64,000 bases of DNA from Candidatus Latescibacterota bacterium (GCA_965207885.1 OZ242311.1:4512001-4576000), one strand, 5' to 3'; shown: positions 19,755-30,632, numbered from the stretch's first letter. A program made the numbers and translations. Notes: generated by a model not told the origin, from the letters alone.

Positions 19755-21260
19755 ATGCCTCAACCCAACATACTCATGATCATCTCAGACCAGATGACGC
19801 CCTTTCTCACGGGTGCTTATGGCCATCCCGTCGTCCAAACACCTGCGCTAAACGCGCTGGCAGAAAACGGCATACGCTTTGACGCGGCCTATACGCCTTT
19901 CCCTCTCTGTTCACCTGCACGCGCCTGCTTCATGACGGGGAACAACGCCGCAAAAATCGGCGCGTATGACAACGGAGCTGAACTCCGCTCGGACATCCCC
20001 ACATTTGCCCACCACCTCACCCGCGCCGGATATGACACCGTCCTATCTGGCAAAATGCACTTCATAGGCGCAGATCAACTCCACGGCTTCAGCCGCCGTC
20101 TCACCACAGACATCTACCCGGAAGACTTCCGGTGGGTCAAACCCGAATGGATACACATCAAAGAAACCAGAGGAGAAAATTACCAGGCCGTCATGGAACA
20201 GCGGGGCAGGTATAACGCCGCAAATTACGACGGACACAAGCTCCAGATCGACACATGGCACGGTCCTCTTAGCTACGACGAAGAAACGCACTTCCGATCA
20301 CTGGAATACCTCCATGCAGTCGGCGCACAGAAAAATCCCAAACCCTTCCTCCTGTGCGCGTCTTACCACCATCCCCACGAACCCTTCTGGCCGCCTCAGT
20401 CCTATTGGGACATGTACGAAAATGCGGACATCGAAATCCCCGCCTTACCAGACAACCTGGACGACACATACTCCATGATGGACAAATGGCTCAACGCCTA
20501 TCACGGCACGCGCAAACACGACCTGCGCGACCCGGACGCGCTCTACAAACTCCGCCGAGCCTATTACGGACTCGTCACATACATGGACGACAAAGTCGGA
20601 GAACTCCTCGCCTCGCTAAAAGAAAATGGCCTGGACGACAACACCATCGTCATCTTCTTTTCCGATCACGGCGACATGCTCTGCGAAAAAGAAATGGTCC
20701 AAAAACGAACCTTCTACGACTGGTCCAGCCGCGTACCCTTCTTTATCCGCTTTCCAGACCATTACAAAGCCGGCAGCACAATCGACCAGCCCGTCTCGCT
20801 CATTGACCTGTTGCCCACCTTATGCGATATGGCAGGCACAGAAGACCACTACCCTTGCGACGGCACCAGCCTGATGCCCCTCATTGAAGGCGCGGAAACA
20901 GAAGACCGAGAAATTTTTGTTGAAGCTCACGAAGCAGTCGGCGCCCCCTGCGTCATGATTCGCAAAAACAATTACAAATACAACCACATCCACGGACACG
21001 AACCACAGCTTTTTGACCTCGACGCCGACCCGGACGAATGGAATAATCTCAGCGGTCAGCCAGACCATGCAAAAACCGAAACCTATCTTCGCACGCGCAT
21101 CCTCGACAACTACGACCTCGACGCCATAGCCGAAGCCAATTTAGACAGCCTGTATCGCAGACAACTCATCCACGGGGCAATGCAAGCCAATGGCACATCC
21201 TGGGCGTACAATCCGAGCTTTGACCCAACCAAAAGCGCACAGGCACAGTACCTTCCATAA
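19755..21260 (+). CDS. Cys-type sulfatase, choline-sulfatase-like
   Basis: CSPAR, GKMHFIGADQLHGF, SDHG. Confidence 0.9.
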   Translation: MPQPNILMIISDQMTPFLTGAYGHPVVQTPALNALAENGIRFDAAYTPFPLCSPARACFMTGNNAAKIGAYDNGAELRSDIPTFAHHLTRAGYDTVLSGKMHFIGADQLHGFSRRLTTDIYPEDFRWVKPEWIHIKETRGENYQAVMEQRGRYNAANYDGHKLQIDTWHGPLSYDEETHFRSLEYLHAVGAQKNPKPFLLCASYHHPHEPFWPPQSYWDMYENADIEIPALPDNLDDTYSMMDKWLNAYHGTRKHDLRDPDALYKLRRAYYGLVTYMDDKVGELLASLKENGLDDNTIVIFFSDHGDMLCEKEMVQKRTFYDWSSRVPFFIRFPDHYKAGSTIDQPVSLIDLLPTLCDMAGTEDHYPCDGTSLMPLIEGAETEDREIFVEAHEAVGAPCVMIRKNNYKYNHIHGHEPQLFDLDADPDEWNNLSGQPDHAKTETYLRTRILDNYDLDAIAEANLDSLYRRQLIHGAMQANGTSWAYNPSFDPTKSAQAQYLP

Positions 21261-21276
21261 CGAACAGGAGCAACCA

Positions 21277-22194
21277 ATGTCCAGCAACACACCATTCATC
21301 GTCGATAAAAACCTCGGCGTCAACATGACCGTCGAACCAGAAGACCTCACGCAAACCAACGCCGATGGAGAAGCCGTCATCGCGCCGACGCAAGAGGAAA
21401 AATACCTCTTTGATGCGCGCGGCTGGTTGCTTTTCCCGGGCATCCTATCCGATGACGACATACGCGACATGCGAGAATATGCGCTACAGGTCAAACACGA
21501 CCCGCAATCGCTGCCCGAACACGAACAATCCTACCTGGCTGGTCCTCTGCAAAAACTCGCTGACCACCCCAGAGTCGTCGGCTTTATGAACGAATTTGTC
21601 GCACATCCCCATCTCGCCAGCCCCGATGGATATGGCTTTCGCATGGAAGCATCCGGCATTCGATTTCGCTCGACACGCACCGGCGAAGTCGGCGGATTTC
21701 GCCCGCACAACGGCAACGGCCTGTTTCGCTTTGCAATCGACTCGCACCATTATCAGTGCATCCCCGGCAAAGCGTATAGCGGTCTAACCCGCGTAGTATG
21801 GGAACTCGCCCCTGTACAAAAAGGCAAAGGCGGAACACTGGTCGTCAGCGGCAGCCACAAAGCAGTTTATGCCGCGCCAGAATCCATCCACGCCCCAAAC
21901 TCACCCATCTGGGACACCTACGAATGTCCGGCTGGCTCACTGCTCTTCTTCACAGAAGCCATCACCCACAGCGCCACGCCCTGGACAGATGAAACAACCG
22001 ACCGCGTTGCCATCTTCAACCTCTACAACACCATCGGCGCCAAATGGAGCAACTGGCATCCACACCCGGACCTGCTCGCATCCATGCCGCCCAAACGCCA
22101 GAGCCTGTTTCGAGACGTGCGCTGTGCCGCCAATCGCATTGGCGGCAACGGACGCTATCACGGCGGAAATCTCAGTGACGTAAGGGTGAAGTAA
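21277..22194 (+). CDS. PhyH-family 2OG-Fe(II) enzyme with HxG iron motif
   Basis: FDARGWL, PHNG, VSGSHK, ITHS, DRVA. Confidence 0.75.
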   Translation: MSSNTPFIVDKNLGVNMTVEPEDLTQTNADGEAVIAPTQEEKYLFDARGWLLFPGILSDDDIRDMREYALQVKHDPQSLPEHEQSYLAGPLQKLADHPRVVGFMNEFVAHPHLASPDGYGFRMEASGIRFRSTRTGEVGGFRPHNGNGLFRFAIDSHHYQCIPGKAYSGLTRVVWELAPVQKGKGGTLVVSGSHKAVYAAPESIHAPNSPIWDTYECPAGSLLFFTEAITHSATPWTDETTDRVAIFNLYNTIGAKWSNWHPHPDLLASMPPKRQSLFRDVRCAANRIGGNGRYHGGNLSDVRVK

Positions 22195-22227
22195 AACTCT
22201 CACTTCTTACTTCTTTTGGAGTTTTAT

Positions 22228-23547
22228 ATGCCAAACCTATCTAACCGTCCCAACATTCTCTTCTTTTTTCCCGACCAACTTCGCTTTGATTGGATCGGCA
22301 GCAATCCCGACATTGCCGTACGCACGCCCAATCTGGATCGCCTTGAAAAAAACGGGGCGACATTCTCCAAAACCGTCTGCCCCGCACCTGTATGCGCGCC
22401 CAGTCGCGCTTGTGTTGCAGCCGGTACAGAATACGACAACTGTCCCGTCAAAGGAAACAGCGACGACTATCCCACAGACCGCGCCACTGTTTACAGCATG
22501 CTCCGCGACAGCGGATACCACACACTGGGGTGTGGAAAATTCGACCTCAACAAAGGCACCTGCACATCCAACCTGCCAGCCTGGGGACTGGATGGCAAAC
22601 GCCATTTGAACGAATGGGGATTCTCGGACGGCATCAACAACGAAGGCAAAATAGACGGCGCCAACAGCGGGCGCGAAAAACCGCAAGGACCCTATTTGCA
22701 ATACCTCGAAGAGCGCGGCCTGCGCCAGATACACCTCAACGACTTTGCCAACCGCAAAGGCCAGCGCAGTACCTTTCCCACGCCACTACCCGATGACGCC
22801 TATTGCGACAACTGGATCGGGCAAAATGGCCGGGACCTCATCCAATCAGTTCCCGAGGGCAAACCCTGGTTTATACAGGTCAATTTCAACGGCCCCCACC
22901 TGCCCCTGGACATCACGGAAAGCATGGCAAAACTCTACGAAGGTGTTGACTTCCCGCAGCCGAACCGCAACGACCAGCTCACGCCCGATGAACTCCTTGA
23001 AGCCAGACGAAACTACTCCGCCATGGTCGAAAACATTGACCATCAGGTTGGTCTCTACTTAGACCTGCTCGAAGAACGGGGCGAATTGGACAATACCCTC
23101 ATCGTCTTTTCCTCGGATCACGGTGAAATGCTCGGCGACCACAACTCCTGGGGCAAGGGCAAACCCCTGCACCCCTCGGCCAGCGTGCCCCTCGTCATCT
23201 CAGGTCCCGGTGTACAACAGGGCATAACCCATGACCTGCCCACGACCAACCTGGACCTCACCGCCACCTTCCTCGACTACGCGGGCCTGGACATCCCCGA
23301 CGACATGGACAGCCGATCCCTCCGCAATCTCCTCGAAGGCAATACCAGCACGCATCGGGACATCGTCCTATCCGGCCTTGGCAACTGGCGCATGGCTTAT
23401 GACGGCCGCTACAAATACATCGAAGGATTTGGCGACACACCCATGCTCTTTGATCTGGACACCGACCCCCTCGAAAACAACAACATCATCGACGACCCCG
23501 GCGTCTCAGCGCATATTGAGCGACTGAAAGCAGAGTTGATACAATGA
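22228..23547 (+). CDS. Cys-type sulfatase
   Basis: PNILFFFPDQ, CAPSR, SDHG. Confidence 0.9.
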   Translation: MPNLSNRPNILFFFPDQLRFDWIGSNPDIAVRTPNLDRLEKNGATFSKTVCPAPVCAPSRACVAAGTEYDNCPVKGNSDDYPTDRATVYSMLRDSGYHTLGCGKFDLNKGTCTSNLPAWGLDGKRHLNEWGFSDGINNEGKIDGANSGREKPQGPYLQYLEERGLRQIHLNDFANRKGQRSTFPTPLPDDAYCDNWIGQNGRDLIQSVPEGKPWFIQVNFNGPHLPLDITESMAKLYEGVDFPQPNRNDQLTPDELLEARRNYSAMVENIDHQVGLYLDLLEERGELDNTLIVFSSDHGEMLGDHNSWGKGKPLHPSASVPLVISGPGVQQGITHDLPTTNLDLTATFLDYAGLDIPDDMDSRSLRNLLEGNTSTHRDIVLSGLGNWRMAYDGRYKYIEGFGDTPMLFDLDTDPLENNNIIDDPGVSAHIERLKAELIQ

Positions 23548-24884
23548 CCAACCATCGTCCCAACATCCTCTTCTTCTGCTCAGACCAGCACCAGACCGCT
23601 GCATCGGGTTGTTATGGTCACGCAGAAGTACAAACCCCGAATATCGACCGCATCGCCGCATCTGGCATCCGCTTTAACAGAGCCTACTGCCAGTCTCCCG
23701 TCTGTGTGCCCGCGCGCGGCTCAATCATCACCGCGCAATACCCACACACACACGGCGCGCGCATCTTACAAGACGCACTATCCCCCAACACGCGCACCAT
23801 TGCCCATCACTTTGCCGAACACGGCTATCAAACCGGTGCCATAGGCAAAATGCACTTTGTGGATGAAACGCAGAAACACGGATTTGACTACCGCCTGGAA
23901 ATAGGGGACTTCAGAAAAACACTCACAGACGAAGAATGGCGGGAACTCCAGCGAGACCAGGGCGGCGGAGGTGGCACATCGGGACGACCGTCCAAATTAT
24001 CAGCGCGGTATTTTCAAGACACGTATTACGCTGACGAAACCGTGCGGTATCTGCGCGAAAAAAGGGACCCCAACAAACCCTTTATCCTCTGGTCATCCTA
24101 CTTTATGCCGCACACGCCCCTCGTCCCCATGCAGCAATACTTCGACCTCTACAATCCCGAAATCCTCACCCTGCCCGAACGCAGTGACAACGCGCTGGAA
24201 ACCGGCTTTGAAGGCCACCTCATGCGCGCCAAACAGCGGGGGTGGTACGCGCAAACAGACGAAGAACTCGGCCACGCACTCGCCGGATACTACGGCAACA
24301 TCAGCCAGATGGACGCGTGCATCGGCAAAGTACTCGACACACTCTACGACCTCGGCCTCGACCAGAACACCATCATCGTCTATACCTCAGACCACGGCGA
24401 AATGGCCGGTGCCCATCGCATGTGGACCAAACACAACATGTATGAACAATCGGTCTGCGTACCACTCATCATCCGCCTGCCCGGAGACATCAACGCCAAC
24501 ACCTCGCACAATCACCTCGTCGAACACGTGGATATCTACCCCACACTCGCCGAATTGTGCAACCTGCCCATCCCAGAAAACATCCACGGACGCAGTTTTA
24601 CCCCTCTGTTTGACAACCGAACCTACCAGCCGCGCGAATACGTTTACTCCGAATACGATTTTTGTCACAGTGTCTTCACCCGAGACAATCGGTATGTGGG
24701 CAACCCGCCAATCCTCATGGTTCGCACAGATCGCTGGAAACTCAATTATCTGAGTTGGGCACGCTCTGAACTCTTTGACCTCGAAAACGACCCGAATGAA
24801 TTTCGCAACGTCATTGACGACCCCGCAAATGTTAGTATCGCGCGCGAACTCACCGACATTGCGAAACGGATGTATGAAAACTGA
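23544..24884 (+). CDS. Cys-type sulfatase
   Basis: CVPAR, GKMH, SDHG. Confidence 0.9.
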   Translation: MTNHRPNILFFCSDQHQTAASGCYGHAEVQTPNIDRIAASGIRFNRAYCQSPVCVPARGSIITAQYPHTHGARILQDALSPNTRTIAHHFAEHGYQTGAIGKMHFVDETQKHGFDYRLEIGDFRKTLTDEEWRELQRDQGGGGGTSGRPSKLSARYFQDTYYADETVRYLREKRDPNKPFILWSSYFMPHTPLVPMQQYFDLYNPEILTLPERSDNALETGFEGHLMRAKQRGWYAQTDEELGHALAGYYGNISQMDACIGKVLDTLYDLGLDQNTIIVYTSDHGEMAGAHRMWTKHNMYEQSVCVPLIIRLPGDINANTSHNHLVEHVDIYPTLAELCNLPIPENIHGRSFTPLFDNRTYQPREYVYSEYDFCHSVFTRDNRYVGNPPILMVRTDRWKLNYLSWARSELFDLENDPNEFRNVIDDPANVSIARELTDIAKRMYEN

Positions 24885-24924
24885 CCGCAACAGAATAACC
24901 AACCAATGATATAAGGAGTATATC

Positions 24925-25848
24925 ATGCCTACTTTTCAAACACCCGACGGCACAAAAGTCAGAATGAGCGGAAAAGAACTCGTATTTGGAGAAACCATCT
25001 CCTCGCCGAGGGAATCCAACGACATCCTCGCAGACACGGAAGCATTGAGACAGCGGATGGAAGAAGACGGGTATCTCATCATCCGCAACTTTCACAACCG
25101 CGAAGACATCATGAAAGCGCGAAAAGAAGTTGTCGATCACATGGAAAGTCAGGGCCTGCTCGCCGAAGGATCGACACTTGAAGATGCCATCATCGGCGAT
25201 AGAAAACGCTCCATGCGCTTTAAAGACAGCCTGGTCAAAACATGGCCCGGCTTTCTCAACATCGTCGATGGCAAAAACACAATGGACTTCTTCGGTCGCT
25301 TTTTGGGTGGTCCCGCCCTCTCGCTCGATCACAAATGGCTGCGTGCCGTCAGAACGGGTGGCAATGCGGGAATGCACTGCGACATCGTATATATGGGCGC
25401 GGGCACCAACAATCTCTATACCATGTGGACAGCTCTGGGCGACATCTCACTCGACATGGGACCACTCGCCCTCTGCCTGGGATCGCACAAACTCGAACAT
25501 CTACGCAATACCTACGGCGCATCGGATGCACACGACGACTTGATCCAGGGCGCGTTCTCCAACGACCCCTACGATGTCATAGAAACCCTCGGCACCACAT
25601 GGGCAGCCACGCCATTTCAAGCCGGTGATGTCGTCATCTTCGGCATGTATTTCATGCACGCCTCTCTCGAAAACACCACCAATCGCTTTCGCATCAGCAG
25701 CGACACGCGCTACCAACTCGCCGCAGAAGCCACGGACCAGCGACACATGGGCAAAGACCCCGACGTAATACCCAAAGCAGACCTGTCCGAACGCAAGTCC
25801 ATCGAAGAATACCGCGTGGAATGGGGATTGGCGAAGGAGACCTCTTGA
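24925..25848 (+). CDS. PhyH-family 2OG-Fe(II) dioxygenase
   Basis: HCD, GSH, MHAS, RISSDTRYQ. Confidence 0.85.
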   Translation: MPTFQTPDGTKVRMSGKELVFGETISSPRESNDILADTEALRQRMEEDGYLIIRNFHNREDIMKARKEVVDHMESQGLLAEGSTLEDAIIGDRKRSMRFKDSLVKTWPGFLNIVDGKNTMDFFGRFLGGPALSLDHKWLRAVRTGGNAGMHCDIVYMGAGTNNLYTMWTALGDISLDMGPLALCLGSHKLEHLRNTYGASDAHDDLIQGAFSNDPYDVIETLGTTWAATPFQAGDVVIFGMYFMHASLENTTNRFRISSDTRYQLAAEATDQRHMGKDPDVIPKADLSERKSIEEYRVEWGLAKETS

Positions 25849-25849
25849 A

Positions 25850-26920
25850 ATGTCAGGCATCACACAGTACAAACCCGACAAAGCTTATGAAGGCTACACT
25901 CTTTTTTCAGAAACCTTCGCGGAACCAAACTGGGAAGTCGGCAAAGAAGCCGTGGTGTACCTCATCGACATGAACGGAGAACCAGCCCACACATGGCACC
26001 TCACGCAACACACCGTCCAGTCCCACTGCCGATTGCTGCCCAACGGCCATCTTCTGGTACCCACCCACGACCGCTCGGGCGTCACGCAGTGCAGCAACGT
26101 CGGCATTTTTGAATACGATCCCGACAGCACACTCGTCTGGCGCGTGCGCTGCCGCACCGACCACGACTATCAGGTGCGCGACAACGGCAATCTGCTCATC
26201 CACACACTCAACGAAACCATGTGTCCGCCCCTGGGACCTGAACTCAAGCGCCACCCATATATGATTGAGATTACGCGAGACAAAGAACTGGTCTGGGAGT
26301 GGAAAGGCGAAGAGCATCTGGAAGACCTCGAAGCCTGTCTATCCTCCGAAGCATGGCAACACGTTCTGGATCGCGCCACCGGACGATTTGCCTTTGACTG
26401 GGCGCACAACAACACGCTCCAGCTCATTCCACCTCATAAAAACGAAGGTGACGCGCGCTTCAAACCCGGCAACATCTTCTTCTCCTACCGCAGCAACGAC
26501 GTCATCGGCGTGATTGACTACGACACTGGCGACATTGTCTGGGCATGGGGACCCGGCATCATCGACGGGCAGCACAAACCCCACATACTCGCCAACGGCA
26601 ATGTACTGATCTTCGACAACGGCACCCTGCGCGGATATTCTCGCGTGATTGAACTCAACCCCCTCACCGAAACCACCGAATGGGAATACGTCGCAGATCC
26701 CAAAGAAGCGTTCTTCAGCGCGGCCATTTCCGGCGCCCAGCGCCTGCCCAATGGCAACACCCTGATATGCGAAGGCGGCAAGACCCGACTTTTTGAAGTC
26801 ACGCCAGATGGGGAAATCGTCTGGGAATTTATCAACCCCTATCGCCACGAAAACGGGCGCCCCGTCATCTATCGCTGCTTGAGATATTCACCTGAATACG
26901 TAGCCCCACTACTGTCCTGA
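25850..26920 (+). CDS. Arylsulfotransferase (ASST) family beta-propeller
   Basis: AHNN, GQH, IFDNG, SGAQRLPNGNTLI, IYR. Confidence 0.85.
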   Translation: MSGITQYKPDKAYEGYTLFSETFAEPNWEVGKEAVVYLIDMNGEPAHTWHLTQHTVQSHCRLLPNGHLLVPTHDRSGVTQCSNVGIFEYDPDSTLVWRVRCRTDHDYQVRDNGNLLIHTLNETMCPPLGPELKRHPYMIEITRDKELVWEWKGEEHLEDLEACLSSEAWQHVLDRATGRFAFDWAHNNTLQLIPPHKNEGDARFKPGNIFFSYRSNDVIGVIDYDTGDIVWAWGPGIIDGQHKPHILANGNVLIFDNGTLRGYSRVIELNPLTETTEWEYVADPKEAFFSAAISGAQRLPNGNTLICEGGKTRLFEVTPDGEIVWEFINPYRHENGRPVIYRCLRYSPEYVAPLLS

Positions 26921-26941
26921 AAGAAAGGAGTTCTTACACCT

Positions 26942-28654
26942 ATGCCTTCTCCCAACGTAGTCTTTGTAATTACCGATGATCAGGGCTATGGCGACCTTGG
27001 ATGCCACGGCAATGACATCATCCAGACGCCCAACCTCGACAAGCTTTATACCGAAAGCGTGCGATTTACCAATTACCACGTCGGTCCCACCTGCGCGCCC
27101 ACCCGGGCGGGCATTATGACGGGACGCTATTGCAACTGCACGGGCGTGTGGCACACCATTGCGGGACGCTCGCTATTGCGCCAAGACGAAACCACCATCG
27201 CAGACTTTTTCAAAGCAGCGGGATATCGCACCGGCATGTTTGGCAAATGGCACCTGGGCGACAACTATCCATTTCACCCGCACAATCGGGGCTTTGACAC
27301 GGTCGTTTACCACGGCGGTGGCGGTGTACACCAGACCCCTGACTACTGGGGCAATACCTATTTCAACGACACGTACTTCCGCAATGGCGTACCCGAAAAA
27401 TTCAGAGGCTACTGCACGGACATCTGGTTTGACGAAGCCAAAAAATTTATCGAAGACTGTGGCGACACGCCCTTCTTCTGCTATATTCCCACCAACGCGC
27501 CGCACGGTCCCTTCAACATAGCCGATCACTACCGCGAACTCTACAACGGCGACGACTTACCCGGCCAGCGCGACCGCTTTTACGGCATGATCACCAACAT
27601 CGACGAAAACGTCGGCCTCATGCGCGACTTCCTCCGCGAAAAGGAATTGGAAGAAAACACCATCTTCATCTTCATGACCGACAATGGCACGGCCAACGGC
27701 TGCAATCTCGACGGCAATGCCTATGTCACAGATGGTTTCAACGATGGCATGCGCGGCAAAAAAGGCTCGGAATACGAAGGCGGACATCGCGTCCCCTTCT
27801 TCTTTCACTGGCCCGCGGGTGGATACACCAGCGGACGGGACATCGACACCCTCATTGCCAACATCGACTTCTTACCCACCCTTTGCGACCTCTGTGATGT
27901 CCCCATCTCCGACGAAGCCCGCGAACGCATTAACGGCACCAGCGTGAAACCCCTTCTCGAAGGTACGGACCACTGGCCCGACCGCACAATCGTCACGGAC
28001 TCGCAGCGCGTGGAAAACCCCATTAAATGGCGCAAATGCGCGACCATGACACAGCGCTGGCGGCTCATCAACGGCGAAGAACTCTACGACATGGACAACG
28101 ACCATGGACAACTCCACAATGTCGCCGAGCAACACCCCGATATCGTCGCCGAACTGCGCCAACAATACGAAGACTGGTGGGCACTTGTCTCCGAACGCTT
28201 TGGCGAAGACGTGCCCATCATCGTCGGATCTGAAAGCGAACCCGTCTCTGTGATCACAACCCACGACTGGCACAACGAAAACAGTGATTCGGCCTGGAAT
28301 CAGGGTGCGATCCGCCGAGGGATGGAATGCAATGGACGCTGGGCAATTGACGTAGCCGAAGCGGGTGATTACACCTTTGAACTGCGCCGATGGCCCCGCG
28401 AAGAAGACCGCGCCATCACTGAAGGCATCCCCGGCAAACTCACGCCCTATTACGGTGGCAACGCAATTCCCGTCAGCACCGCCCGCATCAAAGTCGCGGG
28501 AGAAGAACAAGCACAATCCATCGGCTCAGAAGACAAAGGCATCGCCTTCACCTGCACCCTCCAGGCTGGTGAAACGAGCCTCGAAACCGAACTCACCGAT
28601 GGAAACGGCATTTCGCTGGGAGCGTATTACGTGTATGTGGAAAGGGCGGGATAA
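26942..28654 (+). CDS. Arylsulfatase
   Basis: DDQGYGD, CAPTR, GKWHLG, TDNG. Confidence 0.92.
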   Translation: MPSPNVVFVITDDQGYGDLGCHGNDIIQTPNLDKLYTESVRFTNYHVGPTCAPTRAGIMTGRYCNCTGVWHTIAGRSLLRQDETTIADFFKAAGYRTGMFGKWHLGDNYPFHPHNRGFDTVVYHGGGGVHQTPDYWGNTYFNDTYFRNGVPEKFRGYCTDIWFDEAKKFIEDCGDTPFFCYIPTNAPHGPFNIADHYRELYNGDDLPGQRDRFYGMITNIDENVGLMRDFLREKELEENTIFIFMTDNGTANGCNLDGNAYVTDGFNDGMRGKKGSEYEGGHRVPFFFHWPAGGYTSGRDIDTLIANIDFLPTLCDLCDVPISDEARERINGTSVKPLLEGTDHWPDRTIVTDSQRVENPIKWRKCATMTQRWRLINGEELYDMDNDHGQLHNVAEQHPDIVAELRQQYEDWWALVSERFGEDVPIIVGSESEPVSVITTHDWHNENSDSAWNQGAIRRGMECNGRWAIDVAEAGDYTFELRRWPREEDRAITEGIPGKLTPYYGGNAIPVSTARIKVAGEEQAQSIGSEDKGIAFTCTLQAGETSLETELTDGNGISLGAYYVYVERAG

Positions 28655-28744
28655 AGCGAGGGGCTGGGGACTAGTTGAGAGGATGTCTCACCTCTTGTGT
28701 CTTTGTGTGAGGTCCTCTCACCGTTCACTTATGAGAAAAACACA

Positions 28745-29158
28745 ATGGGCAAAGGATTATTACTCATCCTCGCGCTTTTCTTCGCGAGTGTCCCTTCCTG
28801 GAGTGCGGAATCTCAGCCCGATTCTCTCGCATCGGACCACCGCGTGCGCGGTGCGGTCTTGCGGTCCATCGCACTACCGGGATGGGGACAATTTTACAAT
28901 GGCAAGCGCGTAAAAGGCAGCGTGATTGCGACCGCAGAAGTAGCTTCGGCCATCGCATGGGTCGTGCGTCGCAAACAGATCAAAGATCGCGGCACTCAGG
29001 AACGGAACCTGTACCTCTTCTCAACTATCGGGATTGTGCTCTACAGCGTGGGAGATGCTTATGTGGATGCCCATCTCAGTCGAGTAGATTGGGCTGAAGT
29101 GGAGGCGGGTATCGATGAAAACGGCGCGGCAAAATTTCGCCTAAAATTTAAGTTTTGA
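28745..29158 (+). CDS. DUF5683-like exported/membrane protein
   Basis: Signal peptide, RSIALPGWGQFYNG, DAYVDAHL. Confidence 0.7.
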   Translation: MGKGLLLILALFFASVPSWSAESQPDSLASDHRVRGAVLRSIALPGWGQFYNGKRVKGSVIATAEVASAIAWVVRRKQIKDRGTQERNLYLFSTIGIVLYSVGDAYVDAHLSRVDWAEVEAGIDENGAAKFRLKFKF

Positions 29159-29182
29159 TATCGCTTTAACGCGGAGAGCACA

Positions 29183-29377
29183 TCAATCAACAGCATATTC
29201 AACGGCTTTGGGGTTCTTCACGCGCAAAGATGCATCCAAAACTTCGAGTCCAACGATATTTCCATCCTTATCATAATCCAGGATTAGACCCGGTTTTTCT
29301 TCATCACTTTCCTCAATCGGCGTATCCATAAAAATGATACGCAACACGTCGACTTCAGAATCGTAGTTCACTTTCAT
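29183..29377 (-). CDS. DUF2283 family protein (putative antitoxin)
   Basis: MKVNYDSEVDVLRI...DYDKDGNIVGLEVLDAS. Confidence 0.85.
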   Translation of the reverse strand: MKVNYDSEVDVLRIIFMDTPIEESDEEKPGLILDYDKDGNIVGLEVLDASLRVKNPKAVEYAVD

Positions 29378-29631
29378 GTTGGCCTCCAGTATTTCGCAAT
29401 TTTGCTCGTGAGATAAACCGTAACGACAACACATGGATCTTTATCATCAGCAACAATGACACGCACCAGATATTTCTTACCTTTCAGATCTCTTAAGGAT
29501 TGATATGCTTTCTTTTCTCCTCGAACAGGGACAATTTGCCCCGGGTTTTCCATAATATCACGAACCCAGGCTTCTGGAATCCCTCTTCGCAACATTTCAC
29601 GTCGCGCATGTGCTGAGATATTGAACATCAT
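29374..29631 (-). CDS. DUF4258 family protein (putative RelE-like toxin)
   Basis: SAHARREMLRRGI...VVVTVY; ATGA overlap with DUF2283. Confidence 0.8.
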   Translation of the reverse strand: MMFNISAHARREMLRRGIPEAWVRDIMENPGQIVPVRGEKKAYQSLRDLKGKKYLVRVIVADDKDPCVVVTVYLTSKIAKYWRPT

Positions 29632-29660
29632 AATGCAAAATTACACCTGTTTTTTTATTG

Positions 29661-30632
29661 TCATACATACCTTATATTCTTTCCCAGAGTCGCCACCATC
29701 TCACCACTTGATACCATCGGCAGCAAATTTTCCGACCAGAAAATCGACTCCTCTGGCGCGCGCAATGTCTCGAGCACATTGCCAAACGGATCGGTGATAT
29801 CCGCAACGGGATCGTCCTTTTGCAAATGATCGTAGTGCTGCGCGTGAAACTCTATAAATCCACCCCGATTGGCCAACACCGTCAAAAACCCATCCACCAC
29901 CACTTGCTTCCTGGGTATAAACGGCTCGCCCGGTATAACCCCGTAATACTTCAACACATTCTCGACACCCGTAATACCCTTTTGAATGCTCTCCCTATCC
30001 CAGCCGAGACACCCACCCAGTTCGGGATCAATCGTCGGAATCCCCTCATCGGGAGCAGAACGCGCGAGTTGGCCTTCGGGACCGCGCTGGTCGAGAATAT
30101 AGCCAATACCAAACACCTGAGCCATCTCCATACACACGCGGTGAATGCGCTTGCGCCGATCCACCCGCACGCGCACCTCGTCAATCATCGGCCGGCGCCC
30201 CCCCTGGTGCAAATCAATACAATAATCGGACTGCAGCACCGCATTGTGAAATAACCGATAGGCAATGCGCTCGCTCGACGTACCATCTTTACGCCCGGGA
30301 AAACACCGATTCATCTTTTTTTCATCAACCGGACTAAATGCCTGATGCGCGTGAAACGCGTGGAAATTGACAATCAACACCGCAATAACCCGTCCGCTCA
30401 TCACCGTTGGATCCAGCCGTTTCAACACCTGTCGAATCACGCTAATGCCATTTAACTCATCCCCATCGCTAATCGCCTGCAAATAAACCGTCGGTCCTTC
30501 CTCAGCACCATTGATCAGGGATACTGGAACTCGCGCAGGCGACCCATCCTGCATCTCAGCCACCTTCAAATAGCCATCCGTGCGCTGCCCAGACTCAGCC
30601 CGAAGATGTTCAACGCGAAGCAATTCACCCAT
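29661..30632 (-). CDS. Succinylglutamate desuccinylase/aspartoacylase family
   Basis: DGDELNG, MNRCFPG, IDLHQG, C-terminal biotinyl-like domain. Confidence 0.85.
   Translation of the reverse strand: MGELLRVEHLRAESGQRTDGYLKVAEMQDGSPARVPVSLINGAEEGPTVYLQAISDGDELNGISVIRQVLKRLDPTVMSGRVIAVLIVNFHAFHAHQAFSPVDEKKMNRCFPGRKDGTSSERIAYRLFHNAVLQSDYCIDLHQGGRRPMIDEVRVRVDRRKRIHRVCMEMAQVFGIGYILDQRGPEGQLARSAPDEGIPTIDPELGGCLGWDRESIQKGITGVENVLKYYGVIPGEPFIPRKQVVVDGFLTVLANRGGFIEFHAQHYDHLQKDDPVADITDPFGNVLETLRAPEESIFWSENLLPMVSSGEMVATLGKNIRYV

Noticed and set aside
23971-24753. 260-aa alternative-frame ORF and many similar overlapping or antisense ORFs in the track
   Set aside because: Shadow ORFs of well-supported genes, with Pro/Thr/Ser-biased composition and no motifs or SD
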